Part shown: one piece after another, positions 31,361 to 33,600 of the stretch | Position numbering within the stretch: position 1 is the stretch's first letter | How the letters are laid out: each line of letters starts with the position of its first letter | Origin: Fidelibacterota bacterium | GTDB lineage: Bacteria; Fidelibacterota; Marinisomatia; Marinisomatales; TCS55 | Assembly: GCA_027251445.1 (NCBI GenBank) | Contig: JAPNQO010000024.1 | Location: 1-33,600, forward strand | Length of the DNA: 33,600 nt | Reading direction: 5' to 3' | Notes under the pieces: model-generated | What the model saw: the letters and a program-made list of their open reading frames with translations, nothing else | Databases searched by the model: none | Told to the model about the DNA's origin: nothing | Made by a program: the position numbers and the translations under genes

Positions 31361-32755
31361 CTAATTATCAATTTCAAGAGCGTAAAATCTTGACACATCT
31401 TCTCTCTTAACAAGTAACAGAACCGTATTTTGCCTACTGCTTGTACGTATTAAATCTTTAAAATCATTTGAATCACGAACATTATTTGTTCCAACTCTTA
31501 TTATTATATCACCTTCACGAATGCCAGATCTAAATGCCTCACTATTCTTATCCATCTCTGTAACCACCACGCCATCATCATCAGGTGATAAATTATAGTG
31601 TTTACGTAATGAATTATTAAGATCTTGAACCGTTATACCTAATGTGCTCGATTTCTCTGTTTCCATAAATGCCATCTGTGGCTCATTTGGTAATTCTCCT
31701 AATTTTACATAGATAGATTTTCTTCTTCCATCTCGAATAATATCGACTTTATATCGTTTGCCTGGCTCAGAAGATGAAACAACATTTTTTAGATGGCTTG
31801 AATTATTTATTGATACATCATTGAACTCTAATATTACATCACCTGTTATTAATCCTGCGTTATCTGCAGGGCTTGAGTTAGCTACGTTACTTATTAATGC
31901 GCCATCCCGAGTGTCTAAGCCAAGAGCTTTTGCATATGAATCATCTATTTCTTGAATAGCAACACCAAGCCACCCTCTAACAACATAACCTTTATCAATT
32001 AGATCATTCATTACTTTATTTACCATATTCACAGGAATAGCAAAGCCAACACCTCGATTGGATCGTTCATATCCTCCAGTGGCAATTGCAGTATTTATTC
32101 CTATTAATTTTCCATTTAAATCCACTAATGCTCCGCCACTATTTCCCGGGTTAATTGCAGCATCAATTTGTATAAAATCTTCATAGTTCTCTCGAGATAT
32201 AATATCACTACGACCCATAGCGCTAATAATACCAGCAGTAACTGTATGGCTAAGGTTATCACTGAAAGGACTACCAATTGCTATGACCCATTCTCCAACA
32301 CGTAATTTTTCTGAATCACCAATATCAACTTGTGACAAATTATCTGCTTCAATTTGTAATACAGCTAAATCCGATTTAGGATCAGAACCAACAACCGTAG
32401 CTTCAAAAATTCTTTTATCCATTAATTTAACAGATATTTTGTCCATGTCTTCAACTACATGGTTATTTGTAACTATATATCCTTTAGCTGCATCAATAAT
32501 CACTCCAGATCCAAGAGCTCTTGTCCTGTATTCTTGTTCTTGACTAGGGTTTCTATCCCAACCAAAAAATTGATTAAATGGGTACTGATTGAATCTGTCC
32601 ATTTTTATTATCTTATCGGTGGATATTGTTACTACTGCAGGATTTACTTTTTCAGCAACATCTGCAAAAGTCTTACTGAATTGTTGCACAATTGATTTTT
32701 GTGAAAAACCAATTGATATAATTATTGAAAATATAATTATCAAATTTTTTCTCAT
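31361..32755 (-). CDS. HtrA/Do-family periplasmic serine protease with two PDZ domains (DegP/DegQ-like)
   Basis: Signal peptide; LGSGVI, TNNHVV (His), SDLAV (Asp), DAAINPGNSGG (Ser); RGWLGV and LGITV PDZ starts. Confidence 0.95.
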   Translation of the reverse strand: MRKNLIIIFSIIISIGFSQKSIVQQFSKTFADVAEKVNPAVVTISTDKIIKMDRFNQYPFNQFFGWDRNPSQEQEYRTRALGSGVIIDAAKGYIVTNNHVVEDMDKISVKLMDKRIFEATVVGSDPKSDLAVLQIEADNLSQVDIGDSEKLRVGEWVIAIGSPFSDNLSHTVTAGIISAMGRSDIISRENYEDFIQIDAAINPGNSGGALVDLNGKLIGINTAIATGGYERSNRGVGFAIPVNMVNKVMNDLIDKGYVVRGWLGVAIQEIDDSYAKALGLDTRDGALISNVANSSPADNAGLITGDVILEFNDVSINNSSHLKNVVSSSEPGKRYKVDIIRDGRRKSIYVKLGELPNEPQMAFMETEKSSTLGITVQDLNNSLRKHYNLSPDDDGVVVTEMDKNSEAFRSGIREGDIIIRVGTNNVRDSNDFKDLIRTSSRQNTVLLLVKREDVSRFYALEIDN

Positions 32756-32821
32756 TATCTAATCTCCATATATAATATTATTTAATAATTACAATGATAT
32801 TAAAACAAAAAAGTTTCAAAT

Positions 32822-32847
32822 AAAAAACGGCCTTTTTCAAGGCCGTT
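32822..32847 (-). terminator. Rho-independent terminator after the CTD protein gene
   Basis: AACGGCCTT (32826-32834) / AAGGCCGTT (32839-32847) stem with 4-nt loop, and a U run on the minus strand (A run 32822-32827 on +). Confidence 0.88.
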
Positions 32848-32875
32848 ATAAAATTAACTAATTAAATACAAATCC

Positions 32876-33600
32876 TTACTTTAAGAGCACCATTTTTTTA
32901 GTACTATGAAAACTAGGTGATATAAGGCTATATATGTACACACCAGTACTTACTGATTCACCACGATTGTTTAATCCATCCCATACGATGCGATGATACC
33001 CTGCTTGAATCTCACCATTAACTAATCGACGAACTTCTTGACCCATTAAATTATATACTACTAACTCTACAGTGCTTATATCTGGAATATCAAACTGTAT
33101 CTCTGTTACTGGATTAAATGGATTTGGAAAGTTTTGGTATAATGCATATTTCATTGGAATTAATTCTAAAGCAACACTACCATCACCCTTGGCATTAACA
33201 GGAATGCTCTCACCATTTTGATCAATCAATTGTATATCATTAATACCTACTTTTACGCGATCACCTCTACCTGTATTCATTGTAACAGGAATTGTAATAA
33301 AACCATCTGAACTAAATGGTAACAAACCTCCATCCAAGTTCACAGCCAATACTCTTGTTGTGCCGTCTTCCAGTGTATGTGAATTAATCATAACACCTTC
33401 TTGTAATTCATGCAACATAGCACTACCAAACATTACGTCTGACATATCTGCTGTTAAATCAAATTGAACCCCTCGGATAAAACCATCATACTCTAAATCT
33501 AATAATAAAGAAGTTCCTCCTCCATTACGCATCGACATCTCTGCAATAGACTCTGCAGAACTTGGCAACTTACGAGCTGATGTACCGTATATAATGTCAA
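32876..33600 (-). CDS. 3' end of a secreted protein with a cohesin-like beta-sandwich and a T9SS-CTD/FlgD-Ig-like C-terminal domain; starts beyond the window
   Basis: Frame is open to the right edge (...DIIYGTSARKLPSSAE), so the ORF-track start at 33568 is probably not the true start. C-terminus YALYQNFPNPFNP...VYNLMGQEV...WDG...STGVYIY...KKMVLLK. Confidence 0.85.
   Translation of the reverse strand, partial: DIIYGTSARKLPSSAESIAEMSMRNGGGTSLLLDLEYDGFIRGVQFDLTADMSDVMFGSAMLHELQEGVMINSHTLEDGTTRVLAVNLDGGLLPFSSDGFITIPVTMNTGRGDRVKVGINDIQLIDQNGESIPVNAKGDGSVALELIPMKYALYQNFPNPFNPVTEIQFDIPDISTVELVVYNLMGQEVRRLVNGEIQAGYHRIVWDGLNNRGESVSTGVYIYSLISPSFHSTKKMVLLK

Noticed and set aside
33566..33568. TTG start for a standalone 230-aa protein
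   Set aside because: The frame stays open to the window edge and the predicted N-terminus has no signal peptide despite a secretion-type C-terminal domain.

Overview
AT-rich (roughly 30% GC by eye), densely packed bacterial chromosome segment. Every credible gene except lptG is on the minus strand. The ileS-dksA-lspA gene order, a T9SS-CTD/FlgD-tailed protein and reliance on Na+ symporters suggest an FCB-group, probably marine organism such as Marinimicrobia; this is inference only. Three parts. (1) 1-14991: an apparent 11-gene, ~15 kb catabolic operon running off the left edge: AgcS amino-acid symporter, murQ, a hydroxylysine-kinase-like kinase, a phospho-lyase-like class III PLP enzyme, membrane-anchored GH2 beta-galactosidase, Tat-exported GH109, three sodium:solute symporters, a galactokinase-like GHMP kinase and a sugar-1-P nucleotidyltransferase. 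(2) 15091-20822: a lone lptG-like gene converging on an uncharacterised pair, a 1039-aa lipoprotein and a FadL/PorV-like beta-barrel. (3) 20918-33600: housekeeping string ileS-dksA-like-lspA-rluD-xerC-pckA-metK-ahcY, a DegP/DegQ protease, and the 3' end of a secreted CTD protein. Best novelty candidates: the glycoprotein/glyco-hydroxylysine scavenging operon, the lipoprotein-barrel pair, and an IleRS2 with both signature motifs altered (GVHH, DMHKS) and most Zn ligands missing. No tRNA, rRNA, CRISPR array or mobile element was recognised.
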